52,394 nt of DNA from an uncultured Gammaproteobacteria bacterium (GTDB lineage: Bacteria > Patescibacteriota > Patescibacteriia > UBA1558 > 2-01-FULL-52-15): contig CAYHYG010000003.1 in assembly GCA_964360835.1 (NCBI GenBank), forward strand, positions 1 to 52,394, given 5' to 3'. The position numbers and the translations under genes were made by a program. Of the stretch, positions 32,912-43,010 are shown piece by piece. The notes beneath the pieces were generated by a model. The model was given only the letters and a program-made list of their open reading frames with translations. It did not search any database and had not been told where the DNA came from. Position 1 is the first letter of the stretch. Every line of letters starts with the position of its first letter.

Positions 32912-34978
32912 TTAGAAACCAAATCCAAAGCGCGGCATTCGTTTGCTGAAATCAGACAGGCCTGCCGGCGGATTGGCCTGCAGACGACCATCGGCAACGA
33001 TTTGTTCGGCTGGCTGTGGGTTGGTAATGTCACCAATATGCGTTCTCTGAAAATTAAACTGTCTAGCTACGGCTAACCCATTGACGACTAACGGTCGTCT
33101 ATCGTCAGGATCATTACCAGTTATAAATCGGCCACAACCACCTGAATTCTGAGGACCTAATGGATCTTCAATTTGAGGACACATACGAGGATTGCCATCA
33201 CCCAAAACTATGAAAGTTCCGTCAACTTGCGTCACCTTTTGGTGAATATAGACATCGCCTTTGACAATCCACACTAACGAAGGTATCTGCTTCAAACGGC
33301 TGTAATTCGTAGTCTTATAAATGACATTTGATTCGATCCTTAGATCGCCTTCAACTACAATCACTCCTGCCCCGGATTTGGTTATGCCTGGATTGATAAA
33401 TTTTGGCACAGGAATAGGTATTGATGCATCGCCTACGACTCTATCTGCTGCATCAGTTGGTTTGACATAGAAAACTCGATTATCAAGCGTCACGCTGCTA
33501 TTGCTATCTTCATTCCAGATAGCTGTCGTCATGTTGCTCGGGTTAGTGTCATCGACAACCTTGATGACAGAGCCATATTTATTGACAAGGTTTCCAGATG
33601 TTACATCTGTGATCAAACCCCCAATATCCAAGTATCCTAATGAGCTGGTAGCAAAGTTTGATCCAGGAGCCAAGAGAGAAGGAAACGTAGGGGGGTTAAC
33701 TAAGTTTGGTCTAATTAAAACGTTGGTTGATGAGCTAAATTGCGAAACCAAATATGGAGCAATTGTGCTACCTGCGTCAATTAAATAAGACGCATTATAC
33801 CGACCAGTCGGTAAAGAGCGGAACGTTCTAATGTCATAACGAGAATAAATACTTCCACTGTCTCCCTGAAAAAATGGCGTTGCCTGTCCATAGATAGCCG
33901 GATTCCAAGCAATCCACGTGAGACCAGTATTTTTGGTACCATCAGGCTCGCTGTAAGCATTATACGCCCAACCGCATAGCTCTGCTTTGGAATTTTTGAA
34001 AGTACAGCTTCCTCCAGAAGGGGTGCACTGACTATCTTGGGTACACCAAACGCCGCTCTTTTCACATGATTTATAATAATTGACTACCGTTCCTTTGGAG
34101 CGGTAACAAGCGGCACAACTATTTGGATTGCAGTAACGATCATTGGGATTCCCAGCGCCGGAGCAGGATCCTCCGCGTTGTAATACGGTACAGCTAGAAC
34201 ACTGAGTGCAGACAATGTTTGGATTTGGTGCCTCCACGCTATCCACGTAGCTACCATCGCTGGTCAATACGCAAGCGTCACAGGAACCGGGGAAACTACC
34301 TACGCAACCGATGCAATTCATAATCTTAGAGCCTAAGGCAGCCTTTTCACTGCTATCCAACACAGCTTCCGCGCTGGTAAAGTCTGCTGGAAAACCAATA
34401 AATGATCTAGATTCTTTGCCTGTCTCAGCTAGAGATAAAATTGAAGCCCGAGCGCTAAGGGTAGTATTGGGATCGCTATTATCCAAATAATACAACGGAT
34501 AAGTGCTGTGTTTTTTGATCAAAACGCCGGTATCGCTGAGCTTGGTACAGCCCGGATAATTGCTATTATTAGGACAGTAGCTGGCATCCTGATCAAAACA
34601 AACCCAGCCAAAGGTAGCTGACCAAATACAACCCTGGACATAATCATTGCCATCACCCAAGATAGCGCTGGCGCTCGTGGTGTTATTGGTGCCGTCAACG
34701 TTTATATTTAAACCATAGCTAGAATCCGGACAACGATTTTCATCAATACCATCATAATCAAAATCATTGAGACAATTAAAACTCAACCAACCCAAACCTG
34801 TTAGCTGATAATTGCCGGAGTTAATATTGCTGGTATTGGTAATGGCGTTCCAGCCCCATTTGCGGAATACGTCTAGCGAACCGCTGCGTACTTCTGTCCA
34901 GATTACTAACCAAAGACCGACCGCCAGGAAAGCGATAACGATTAAACTAATGAAGGGTGATAGACGTCTGGTGATCAT
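32912..34978 (-). CDS. Large membrane-anchored Cys-rich surface protein
   Basis: TM segment FISLIVIAFLAVGLWLVIW. Motifs GLGWLSFNC, FGWVCFD and LTWIAWN. Many clustered Cys. The ATG at 34978 overlaps the upstream stop (ATGA). Confidence 0.5.
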   Translation of the reverse strand: MITRRLSPFISLIVIAFLAVGLWLVIWTEVRSGSLDVFRKWGWNAITNTSNINSGNYQLTGLGWLSFNCLNDFDYDGIDENRCPDSSYGLNINVDGTNNTTSASAILGDGNDYVQGCIWSATFGWVCFDQDASYCPNNSNYPGCTKLSDTGVLIKKHSTYPLYYLDNSDPNTTLSARASILSLAETGKESRSFIGFPADFTSAEAVLDSSEKAALGSKIMNCIGCVGSFPGSCDACVLTSDGSYVDSVEAPNPNIVCTQCSSCTVLQRGGSCSGAGNPNDRYCNPNSCAACYRSKGTVVNYYKSCEKSGVWCTQDSQCTPSGGSCTFKNSKAELCGWAYNAYSEPDGTKNTGLTWIAWNPAIYGQATPFFQGDSGSIYSRYDIRTFRSLPTGRYNASYLIDAGSTIAPYLVSQFSSSTNVLIRPNLVNPPTFPSLLAPGSNFATSSLGYLDIGGLITDVTSGNLVNKYGSVIKVVDDTNPSNMTTAIWNEDSNSSVTLDNRVFYVKPTDAADRVVGDASIPIPVPKFINPGITKSGAGVIVVEGDLRIESNVIYKTTNYSRLKQIPSLVWIVKGDVYIHQKVTQVDGTFIVLGDGNPRMCPQIEDPLGPQNSGGCGRFITGNDPDDRRPLVVNGLAVARQFNFQRTHIGDITNPQPAEQIVADGRLQANPPAGLSDFSKRMPRFGFGF

Positions 34979-36534
34979 GGCCAAGTTGGAGTATGGGTAC
35001 AAGGGTTAACTGCTGAATTACGGCAGGCTTGAATTATCGTATTTAATTGTGCTTCGGTCAGAGTAGCGCTACCAATACGCAAAACAATAGCACTCGAAGA
35101 AGTAGCGCTGACACCGCCGGCAACAGCTAGACCTCGACGACTACTGACTGTGGCTGTACCTATGACTCGCGTTTCTCCCATAGCTGTCACGGTATCGCTG
35201 ATGGTAGCACTGCTGGCCTTCAGACTGCCGATACTAGCTCCTGTAGTTCTCATCAAACCGGCTACTTCCAGCTGATACTGGGGCTGGTTTGTCCCGATGC
35301 CGACACGTCCATGGACAGAACTAACTAGTTTATTGTAGAAAATCGAAGGCGGATATGTGCTAGAAGATTCCCAAAAAGCGTCAACCGGAGTTCCCGGTGG
35401 CATCCAACCGCAATTAGCTTGATTGGCTTTGCACAATACATTTGAACCCCAGTACAAATCACTCACTGCCTCTTGTGGCTGCTGAGTCGTGCTGAGAGCA
35501 CTTTCACTATTGCCAAAGACAACTCTCTCCATTTCCAGACCATTACGGGCAATATTGAGTCGCCCAGAGATGACAGCCGAGTTACCGGTCTGTCCCGCCG
35601 CTATCAAACCCGGACCAATGGACTCATGCCAACCAGCTAGACCAGCGTATGAAGAGTTCAGTGAACGTGATTCACCTACTATAGCCGTAGATATTCCAAG
35701 CGCTGTAGAGCCATTATTGCCTACAGCAGCACTGACGCCGCCATTAACAGCTCCCTGTTCGCTGACCAAAGCTGCATCCGATGAAACGCTGCCGATATTT
35801 AGCACCCGGTTACCCATCATGTTTAGATCAAGTTGAGCTGTGTGCGGATCCAGGAAACCCAAATTATCCGGGACATATGCCGAAGAACGAAAACCGCATT
35901 TGCCAGCGGCGTCAGTCGGGTCGCAGAGAAGCGTACTGCCCCAATACAGTCTAGCAGTAGGAGCCACACTCCCGACTGCCACACTGGAGCTGGCATAGAT
36001 ATACTCTGTTCCGGCTAATCCCAGATGGAGTGTAGGCATAAAATCTTTATCACGAGCCAAAAGCGTAGTGCCATAGATACGTCCGCTGATCTCTCCATCG
36101 GATACAGCCGATAACCCCATACTGGAAAGAGAACCACTTCCAAATGGGTTATTATTGAGCGCTATCACCGTAGGGCTCTGACTAGTATTATTGGCAATCA
36201 AACCAGCCTTATTACTACTATGAATCTCCGCTCCCATCGCGCCGCTATAGGCCTGTACCTGCAAAGCCGGCAAATCGTTATTGGATTCAATGTTAAATAT
36301 AGCCCAACCCTCCATATTGAGATCATAGGTAGCCGTATGACTGCCCGGCTGACCGGTCCGTCCCAGGTTATCACCACCCAGACTGGAAATAGTACCGATA
36401 TCATCATTATTTCGAGGAGGTGTGTAATCGGGATTTGCCCAGGTCTGCGCTTCCAACCAAACAACCGCAGTCAAACTACCGACAATGATGACGACTAGGT
36501 ATGGCCAGATAAATTTTGGGATGAAGTTTTGCAT
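34975..36534 (-). CDS. Surface protein, paralog 3 of the DxLG..H.A / LYWG..LC..(N/K)CG module family
   Basis: N-terminal TM segment. Two modules (GDNLGRTGQPGSHTATYDLNMEG...RLYWGSTLLCDPTDAAGKCGF; PDNLGFLDPHTAQLDLNMMG...DLYWGSNVLCKANQANCGW). C-terminal VGIGTNQPQYQLEVAG. Confidence 0.5.
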   Translation of the reverse strand: MQNFIPKFIWPYLVVIIVGSLTAVVWLEAQTWANPDYTPPRNNDDIGTISSLGGDNLGRTGQPGSHTATYDLNMEGWAIFNIESNNDLPALQVQAYSGAMGAEIHSSNKAGLIANNTSQSPTVIALNNNPFGSGSLSSMGLSAVSDGEISGRIYGTTLLARDKDFMPTLHLGLAGTEYIYASSSVAVGSVAPTARLYWGSTLLCDPTDAAGKCGFRSSAYVPDNLGFLDPHTAQLDLNMMGNRVLNIGSVSSDAALVSEQGAVNGGVSAAVGNNGSTALGISTAIVGESRSLNSSYAGLAGWHESIGPGLIAAGQTGNSAVISGRLNIARNGLEMERVVFGNSESALSTTQQPQEAVSDLYWGSNVLCKANQANCGWMPPGTPVDAFWESSSTYPPSIFYNKLVSSVHGRVGIGTNQPQYQLEVAGLMRTTGASIGSLKASSATISDTVTAMGETRVIGTATVSSRRGLAVAGGVSATSSSAIVLRIGSATLTEAQLNTIIQACRNSAVNPCTHTPTWP

Positions 36535-36535
36535 A

Positions 36536-39500
36536 TTAGCTACTCAGCCAGACAAGTAATTGATCTAAAAGTGTTTTATCAAGTATGGTATTGCCGATTT
36601 TTATTTTGCCATTCCCCGAAGCTAGCGGACCGCTGGACAAAGTCAGACCGTTTTGTAGTGATAAACCTGATAAAGAGTAAAAATTATCAGTACTCAAAGC
36701 GCCCAAGATAGAAGCTGATCCGATATCGGCCTTTGAGGCTGAAAGATTGGTCGTGCTCGCACCTAGTCCGGAAAGTACATACAATAAATCAACCGAAGCC
36801 GGAGAACCGTCGTATTGTTGCGTATATAATTCTGTGCCCGAAACTGCCAATCCACGAAAACCGGCAGAGGAAGCAACATCACGGAATCCTAATATACCTA
36901 TACCGCTTTCGGAGATGCGATAGGTAATAAAATCACTACCGCTTGGTGTCGATCGTACGGTGTATAAATATTCACCGAGCCACCCCATCTCTTCTGGAGC
37001 CGAAGGCGGAAAAATACGACTAGATAGCTCTTGTGGGCTGGTTGGCGAGGCAATATCAATCAGCCGTAACTTCATAAAATCCGGCAGCCCCGATCCGGTA
37101 GACAGCAACACTGCCTGATTTCCCTGAAGACGCACTAGATACATGGACTCCCCGGCTGAGGTGTATTGTCCGACAGAAATAGGCGCTGTCGGATTCTGCA
37201 CGTCGTAAATGCGCAAACCCTGTGTACGATTAGCGATGTATAAATACCTACCTTGCATCGCCAGATCATCAATGTAGCTACCTACAGCTGAACTATGCAA
37301 TAATTGCGGCGCAAATGGATTACTGACATCAATGACAAACAGTGTAGGGTCACCTAGCACCGAACCATAACCTCCGAGGAACAAAGTATGATTTCGCAAA
37401 GCCATAGCTCTCCAGACAGTAGTCCCAGGAATAGTCATAACAAAATAATTTGGTGTGCTGGTATTGGGATTTGAAATATCGAGCACCAACAAACGCTGAT
37501 TGGTCAGGGTCAGATAAGCAAAGTTACCAGAAACCTCCAGTGATGGATCGTCAACTTCTCCGATAAAGGGTGTACTGATGGTGCCCAATAGCGTCGGCGC
37601 GGCTGGGTTGGTGATATCTACAACTTTAACTCCCTGATTAGTCACAGCATACAGTCTATTACCTTGTATCTGCATGGCAGAGTATGATCCGACGGAGCTA
37701 TAATTCAGTGTTCTGACTGTCAGACCCTCATTACCGGTCATGCCGATAGCTAATTTTTGTTGCTGATTATCAGTCAGAGCAATACCAGCCAGATGATGCG
37801 TATAGATATCACCTTGGGCATTAGTTTTCCAAATATTTTCGGATGAAGCGGAGTCAGCCCAGCCACAATTCGGCAGAGACCTGTTGCAAAGTAATTTATC
37901 CCCCCAATAGAGATTCGAGGAGGCCGTACTGGTGGCTGACATTATGGACAGACGATTATCATCACTGCCAAAAGTCAGCTGTGGCTCCAAACCAAGATCA
38001 TAGTCATGATCAATACGTACCCCAGAATAGAATCTTGCCCCAGGACCAGCTACGCTCCAGCCGAGAGCTCCGTAACCTGATCCGCTGTTATAGCCAATCG
38101 CGGCTGAAGCTACCCCTGCTACCGTCGCCCCACCGTCAGGAGATAACAACGCTCCACGGTAGGTGGACATCCAAGAATTATGACTATTGTGGGCTTGCCA
38201 AGTAGCCGAGGGGCTCGACAAGTCAAAGCGTAGCGATGGCGTGCCAGTCATTTCCAAAAATAAATTATTCTCATAGACAGCCATAGACCACGCCCCGTCA
38301 TTAGCCGTTGTCGGTGGTGTCATGCCAGCGGATGTGATCGTAGACCACGCGCCGTTCTCATATTTCCAGATTAGATTAGTGATACCAGCTACATACAGAG
38401 AATCATTGTACCAAACCCAGCCGTTTCCCAAGTTCGGATAAGGAAAGGCACCAACGGTACCGATATTCGGCGGCTGTAAACTACTGGCAGTCGTACCATT
38501 ATATTGATAGAGCTGTACAGGATTGGCTCCAAAACGATTTGTCCAAAAATTAAAATACAACTTATCACCGCGGCTCATCATTCTATATGTTGAACGGCAT
38601 TCAGTCATGGGTGAGCTCATAGTCGAAAAAGAAAATTCCTTTGTCCAGCTTGTGCCATTAGTTGAACTCAAAACATCGCAGGTGGCATTGCCGACGCCTA
38701 TATATAGTTTATTTCGATAGACACTCATGGCAGCAATGGAGTTAAAGTCGGCAAACCCACTTGGCAACGTCAAATCAGTTGAGCGATAACATGTTTCAAC
38801 GTTGGTTGCGGCGTCATACGTGTAGAGACGAGTAATGGGATGTCCTGCAACAGAAGGGTCAGAAATCAATATGGCATAAAGCTTGTCACGGTATACCTCG
38901 AGAGCTACAGGGCTCAAGTCTAATCCAGCACAATTGGCATGGGCTATGCTAGCCGTATTCTTTTTGACCCAATCATCCGTAGGATAGAGACCGCCATGCT
39001 GATAGAAGAAATCTGCTAGAAATCCTTCATTCTTGGTACCCCAATATATTTTATCGCGATAAACAGCGGCATCAGGTGAGAACCTGCTGGCTTCAGTAAA
39101 CTCACGATAGGTTGTGAAGCTGGAGTTGTTAGTTAATGAAGTCGTAGCTACAATTCCGTACGTAGCTGGAGAAAAACTACGCCAACCTTCCCCCGTACCA
39201 GAACTTAACGCCTGTAAACTAGTGGTAGCTAATTTTTGAAAAGTAAAAAGTCGATATACTCCGTTGCTAACGTTATGTACCCGCAAACCGCGCATATCCA
39301 GATTATACGTAGCTACATGACTACCAAGATCATCTCCGGTTGTATTCAGCACGCGGCCGCAGTTTGGCTGAGTAATATCACACAACCATTGATTGCCATA
39401 AAGAAGTGACAAATCAGGATTGTTGCCAAGACCAGTAGAAGCTACTGATAAACGGTTATAGGTGCTCGCGCCAACACCAGACCATCGGAGCTGAGGAATT

Positions 39501-39982
39501 TCACTTATTGAACTACTGCTCAGCTGTAATAATCCAGAAAATGATGCCGCTACACCCTGAGTCGAGCTGGCCATCAAGGCATAACCACTACCCAACATGT
39601 TATTCTTAACTATTAAGGCAGGAGTATCAGTAGCAGAACTGCTAACTTGTAACCCTGTGTTATCCTGACTGCGGATGGAAGCCGCCAAGCCGGTTAAATA
39701 CGATGAAGCAGTCAGTCCATAGGGCCGTAAGGTGTTATTGCCGATGCCGTAGAGATGAAAATTATTGAGATTGACATCCTTTGTAGCTACATGGTCGCCC
39801 AAACCGTCGTTACCAGAACCTTCGATTAATTCAACGCCAGAAAAAAGCGGCGGAAAATCACTTGCGCTTGGGGCCACGTACTCATTAACCGCCTGAGCCA
39901 AATGCAAAGCCGTACTAACTGAAATGATAGCCACTGTAATCAGAAGCCGATACCAAATTTTGACAGGTAGCTTCATACTCAT
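36536..39982 (-). CDS. Giant surface protein, paralog 2: module pair + kelch-like repeats + LVIVD beta-propeller repeats
   Basis: Repeats of the form YRDKIYWG, YRDKLYAI, YRNKLYIG and GDKLYFN. LVIVD-type units NRLYAV..GVKVVDITNPAAP, LLVLDISNPN, LFVIDVSNPFAP and GLRIYDVQNPTAP. Confidence 0.55.
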   Translation of the reverse strand: MSMKLPVKIWYRLLITVAIISVSTALHLAQAVNEYVAPSASDFPPLFSGVELIEGSGNDGLGDHVATKDVNLNNFHLYGIGNNTLRPYGLTASSYLTGLAASIRSQDNTGLQVSSSATDTPALIVKNNMLGSGYALMASSTQGVAASFSGLLQLSSSSISEIPQLRWSGVGASTYNRLSVASTGLGNNPDLSLLYGNQWLCDITQPNCGRVLNTTGDDLGSHVATYNLDMRGLRVHNVSNGVYRLFTFQKLATTSLQALSSGTGEGWRSFSPATYGIVATTSLTNNSSFTTYREFTEASRFSPDAAVYRDKIYWGTKNEGFLADFFYQHGGLYPTDDWVKKNTASIAHANCAGLDLSPVALEVYRDKLYAILISDPSVAGHPITRLYTYDAATNVETCYRSTDLTLPSGFADFNSIAAMSVYRNKLYIGVGNATCDVLSSTNGTSWTKEFSFSTMSSPMTECRSTYRMMSRGDKLYFNFWTNRFGANPVQLYQYNGTTASSLQPPNIGTVGAFPYPNLGNGWVWYNDSLYVAGITNLIWKYENGAWSTITSAGMTPPTTANDGAWSMAVYENNLFLEMTGTPSLRFDLSSPSATWQAHNSHNSWMSTYRGALLSPDGGATVAGVASAAIGYNSGSGYGALGWSVAGPGARFYSGVRIDHDYDLGLEPQLTFGSDDNRLSIMSATSTASSNLYWGDKLLCNRSLPNCGWADSASSENIWKTNAQGDIYTHHLAGIALTDNQQQKLAIGMTGNEGLTVRTLNYSSVGSYSAMQIQGNRLYAVTNQGVKVVDITNPAAPTLLGTISTPFIGEVDDPSLEVSGNFAYLTLTNQRLLVLDISNPNTSTPNYFVMTIPGTTVWRAMALRNHTLFLGGYGSVLGDPTLFVIDVSNPFAPQLLHSSAVGSYIDDLAMQGRYLYIANRTQGLRIYDVQNPTAPISVGQYTSAGESMYLVRLQGNQAVLLSTGSGLPDFMKLRLIDIASPTSPQELSSRIFPPSAPEEMGWLGEYLYTVRSTPSGSDFITYRISESGIGILGFRDVASSAGFRGLAVSGTELYTQQYDGSPASVDLLYVLSGLGASTTNLSASKADIGSASILGALSTDNFYSLSGLSLQNGLTLSSGPLASGNGKIKIGNTILDKTLLDQLLVWLSS

Positions 39983-42450
39983 AGGCCGGCTTTAGTCTTT
40001 AAACCGCTTAAGCGAGTCTGATCCAAAACAGTTCCATTTAAGAGTAACCCTTCAGTGGCCGGTAAAGTTATCGTGCCCCAGACAGACATAGACCCTCCTA
40101 GCGCTCCGGCTCCAAACGTCGCATTACCACCTATTCGTAACGTCCGATCAACATTCAGATCATAAGCAGTGAAACTGGCGGTAGAAACTAAACTGGAACG
40201 AAATCCTTGATTGTTTATCAAATACAATCCTTGATCCCCGTAGGAGATAAACATAGTATCACCCTGTATGGTAAAACGATCTGAATTTCCTGGTATGGAT
40301 CCTATAGGTAACGTGTCGCTCCCACTAATTGTCGGTACTTGTGACGTATCATGATAATAAAGCGCATTATACGAAATATGCACATATCCATCTTCCACCA
40401 CAACCCCTCTAACAGAGGGATCAGCATATGTATTAGGAAAGCTACCGTCATCGGTGTCAGCGATGTGAGTCAAACTATTACCCGAAAAACGCCAGATGTT
40501 TAATTCATCAGAGACAAAATAAAGTAAATCTCCATCGACCGCTATGCCCCTTACCGGTTTGACAGATCCTGATGTTAGGGCGTCCTTCAGGAGGAAGCTG
40601 GCGGGATTGCTGATGTCATACCATAAAACCCGACCATTACTAGCATTTGAGACCTCGCCAACAAATAAATTATTACCTGAGATTGCCAAGTCCCTAGGCC
40701 CTGTGACGTTGAGACCGGCAGCTAGAACAGGTGTGCTAGGAGTACTAACATTTATCGATTCCAAACGTGGTTGACCATTACATGGTCCAGAGTTTGTGCG
40801 ATAATAGCTGACATAAGCGTAATTGCCGCTAACAACTACATCTGTAGGATGGCTATTGGGGAATTGAAAGGTTGGGATCATTTCATTGGATTCTGTGCAG
40901 TAAGAATAACCACTGCCTACTTGAGATGGCTGATGAGGCTGACTAATATCTACAATTTTTAGACCTGTCATTGTGGCTATATAGGCATACTTACCCGATA
41001 CTGCCAGACCCCAAGCAGGAGAAGCCAATGCTAGAGTAGAAATAACACGGGGCACACTTAAATTCGTAACGTCAACAACGTGTAAGCTACCGCCTCCACT
41101 CACCCCAGCATTATTTTGAGTACTTGCTACATAAGCATATTTACCCACAACCGACACATCGCGTGCGTGAGCACCGGAAGGTAGCGCTACTATACCCAAT
41201 ATATAATTTGAACTTGACTCCTGTCCGGCTACATAACTATGTCTGACATCCAACTTGGCATCACGACGGACATCGGTACCAAGTAAGACATTTTTGGTAG
41301 CGCTGGGCGGTTCTGGGAAATGTATACCCAGACTATTAGCTGTCCAGGGACTCGTTCCGCCGCCTGGAGCCACAATACCGCAATTTGGCTGTGAGCTGTC
41401 GCAGAGACGCGTGTTACCCCAATATAGTGGACTCTTCGGCACTATGGCTACACCACTTGTATTTAACGTATCACCACTCCGTTGTCCAAAATGTAAAACT
41501 GATTCTTGACCCACCAGCGGATCTATCATAATTTCCAGCGGACTACTAACTTTCAAGCCATAGCCGCGCCAAGAAGACGACCGTAAACCTGGACTATTAG
41601 CCAGACTTCTGGCATAGATACCGGCTGAGGTATCAGACTGGGGACTGCTAGCGCGACTAAAAATGCCATAATTATCTAAAGCCCTGATAGCCACCGAGCT
41701 GGTGGCTGTTTCACCGGAAATTTGCAGGATTGAAGTCTCCACCGTTGAAGCGGCGGAATATAATCTTTTACCCGACATATTCAAAGTCGTGGTAGCTATA
41801 TGATTACCCAGACCATCACCTACACCGGTAGCGTTAGAAACAAAGCCACAATTTGACCTGTCTGGATAACATAAAATTTGGCTGCCCCAGTAGAGCGGAC
41901 TTTTGGCCTGACTATGACTGCTGGTGGCGAGTATATTGGTTATATTATTACCGATAACCAGACCCCTCTCAGCGACCGTATTGCCGTAAAAAAGCGCCCC
42001 TCTGCCACTAACTGAACGGGCATCTAGGGCCAAACTCTTACTTTCATTTATGACTGACAATCCAACGTGAGTCGGCTGATTGGAAAACGTCTCCGTCAAG
42101 ATCGCTGAAGCATCAATACTGGTAATCAAACTGCCTGTCGCCTGCCCTTGATAAACACCAACTCTCAAAGCTGTCTCATTATCGGTGCTGGAGATACCGT
42201 GCAAGCGAAAATGATTCAGATCCAGGTCCTGATAACCTTTATGAGGATTGATAAAAGGATTTCCACGTCCCAAATTATCTCCATTAATAGGATCAAGCGG
42301 CAATAAATTTGGAGTGTTGTCTGGCGGTGGATTTACCGATATCTGCCAGAGCTGCGCCTGTGCCGAATGATGTTGCACAGACAAAAACCAACCCGCAGCC
42401 ACAATCAAAACAAATGTTAAGAAAAAATAATAACCTGAACGAAAATTCAT
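39979..42450 (-). CDS. Giant surface protein, paralog 1: module pair + LVIVD beta-propeller repeats
   Basis: GDNLGRGNPFINPH...LDLNHF and GDGLGNHIATTTLNMSG. SPLYWGSQILCYPDRSNCGF and SPLYWGNTRLCDSSQPNCGI. KYAYVA...LHVVDVTNLSVP and KYAYIATMTGLKIVDISQPHQP. Confidence 0.55.
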   Translation of the reverse strand: MNFRSGYYFFLTFVLIVAAGWFLSVQHHSAQAQLWQISVNPPPDNTPNLLPLDPINGDNLGRGNPFINPHKGYQDLDLNHFRLHGISSTDNETALRVGVYQGQATGSLITSIDASAILTETFSNQPTHVGLSVINESKSLALDARSVSGRGALFYGNTVAERGLVIGNNITNILATSSHSQAKSPLYWGSQILCYPDRSNCGFVSNATGVGDGLGNHIATTTLNMSGKRLYSAASTVETSILQISGETATSSVAIRALDNYGIFSRASSPQSDTSAGIYARSLANSPGLRSSSWRGYGLKVSSPLEIMIDPLVGQESVLHFGQRSGDTLNTSGVAIVPKSPLYWGNTRLCDSSQPNCGIVAPGGGTSPWTANSLGIHFPEPPSATKNVLLGTDVRRDAKLDVRHSYVAGQESSSNYILGIVALPSGAHARDVSVVGKYAYVASTQNNAGVSGGGSLHVVDVTNLSVPRVISTLALASPAWGLAVSGKYAYIATMTGLKIVDISQPHQPSQVGSGYSYCTESNEMIPTFQFPNSHPTDVVVSGNYAYVSYYRTNSGPCNGQPRLESINVSTPSTPVLAAGLNVTGPRDLAISGNNLFVGEVSNASNGRVLWYDISNPASFLLKDALTSGSVKPVRGIAVDGDLLYFVSDELNIWRFSGNSLTHIADTDDGSFPNTYADPSVRGVVVEDGYVHISYNALYYHDTSQVPTISGSDTLPIGSIPGNSDRFTIQGDTMFISYGDQGLYLINNQGFRSSLVSTASFTAYDLNVDRTLRIGGNATFGAGALGGSMSVWGTITLPATEGLLLNGTVLDQTRLSGLKTKAGL

Positions 42451-42480
42451 AGCTAAATTCCGTTATATTGTACCACAGAA

Positions 42481-42510
42481 TTGACGTCAACGACAACAAT
42501 TAGCTATACT
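42481..42510 (+). promoter_or_regulatory. Sigma-70-like promoter (TTGACG-18-TATACT) 8 nt upstream of the ATG at 42519, suggesting a leaderless transcript
   Basis: TTGACG (42481-42486), 18-nt spacer, TATACT (42505-42510), then TAATACTA and ATG. Confidence 0.4.
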
Positions 42511-42518
42511 TAATACTA

Positions 42519-43007
42519 ATGCAAACACCATCTAACTCCGACCGATTCCGACAAATCCTGATACTAGCGATGCTATTACTGGCTATAGCAGTTGTTATCT
42601 TTGCTTATTTGTCATATCGGTCGCGTCAGACAGCCAGTCCGGCTCAAGAATTTGAAGCCAAGATCAAAGATACGCCAGCTATACCGAGCGAGCCGGAGAT
42701 AGTGACAACCTACTTTGGACAGATAAAAAGATTGGATCAAGAAAATAAACTACTGACACTGGTCACTCTCTATGGAGAAAAACAAGCTCAGTTCGATCAG
42801 GGCACGATCGTGCGACAGCTCTCTCGCTCCACAGAAAATCTAGGCCCCCCGCCTCTGGAACCCAAAGAAGAAGATTTATTCTTAAAAAATGTCATTCAGC
42901 TATCTTTGGCTGATTTAACAGAAGGACAAATGGTCCAAGTCTCTAGCTTGACTAATATCAGAGGTATCAGTAAGTTTAGAGTCGACGGAATAACAATTAT
43001 TAAATAA
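42519..43007 (+). CDS. Membrane-anchored hypothetical protein
   Basis: TM segment ILILAMLLLAIAVVIFAYL, then a ~120-aa soluble domain. No recognisable motif. Confidence 0.45.
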   Translation: MQTPSNSDRFRQILILAMLLLAIAVVIFAYLSYRSRQTASPAQEFEAKIKDTPAIPSEPEIVTTYFGQIKRLDQENKLLTLVTLYGEKQAQFDQGTIVRQLSRSTENLGPPPLEPKEEDLFLKNVIQLSLADLTEGQMVQVSSLTNIRGISKFRVDGITIIK

Positions 43008-43010
43008 CCT

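Noticed and set aside
42451-42518. Replication origin at the point where gene orientation switches from minus to plus.
   Set aside because: The intergenic region is only 68 bp and is fully accounted for by two divergent promoters. There is no DnaA-box cluster, AT-rich unwinding element or dnaA/dnaN nearby.
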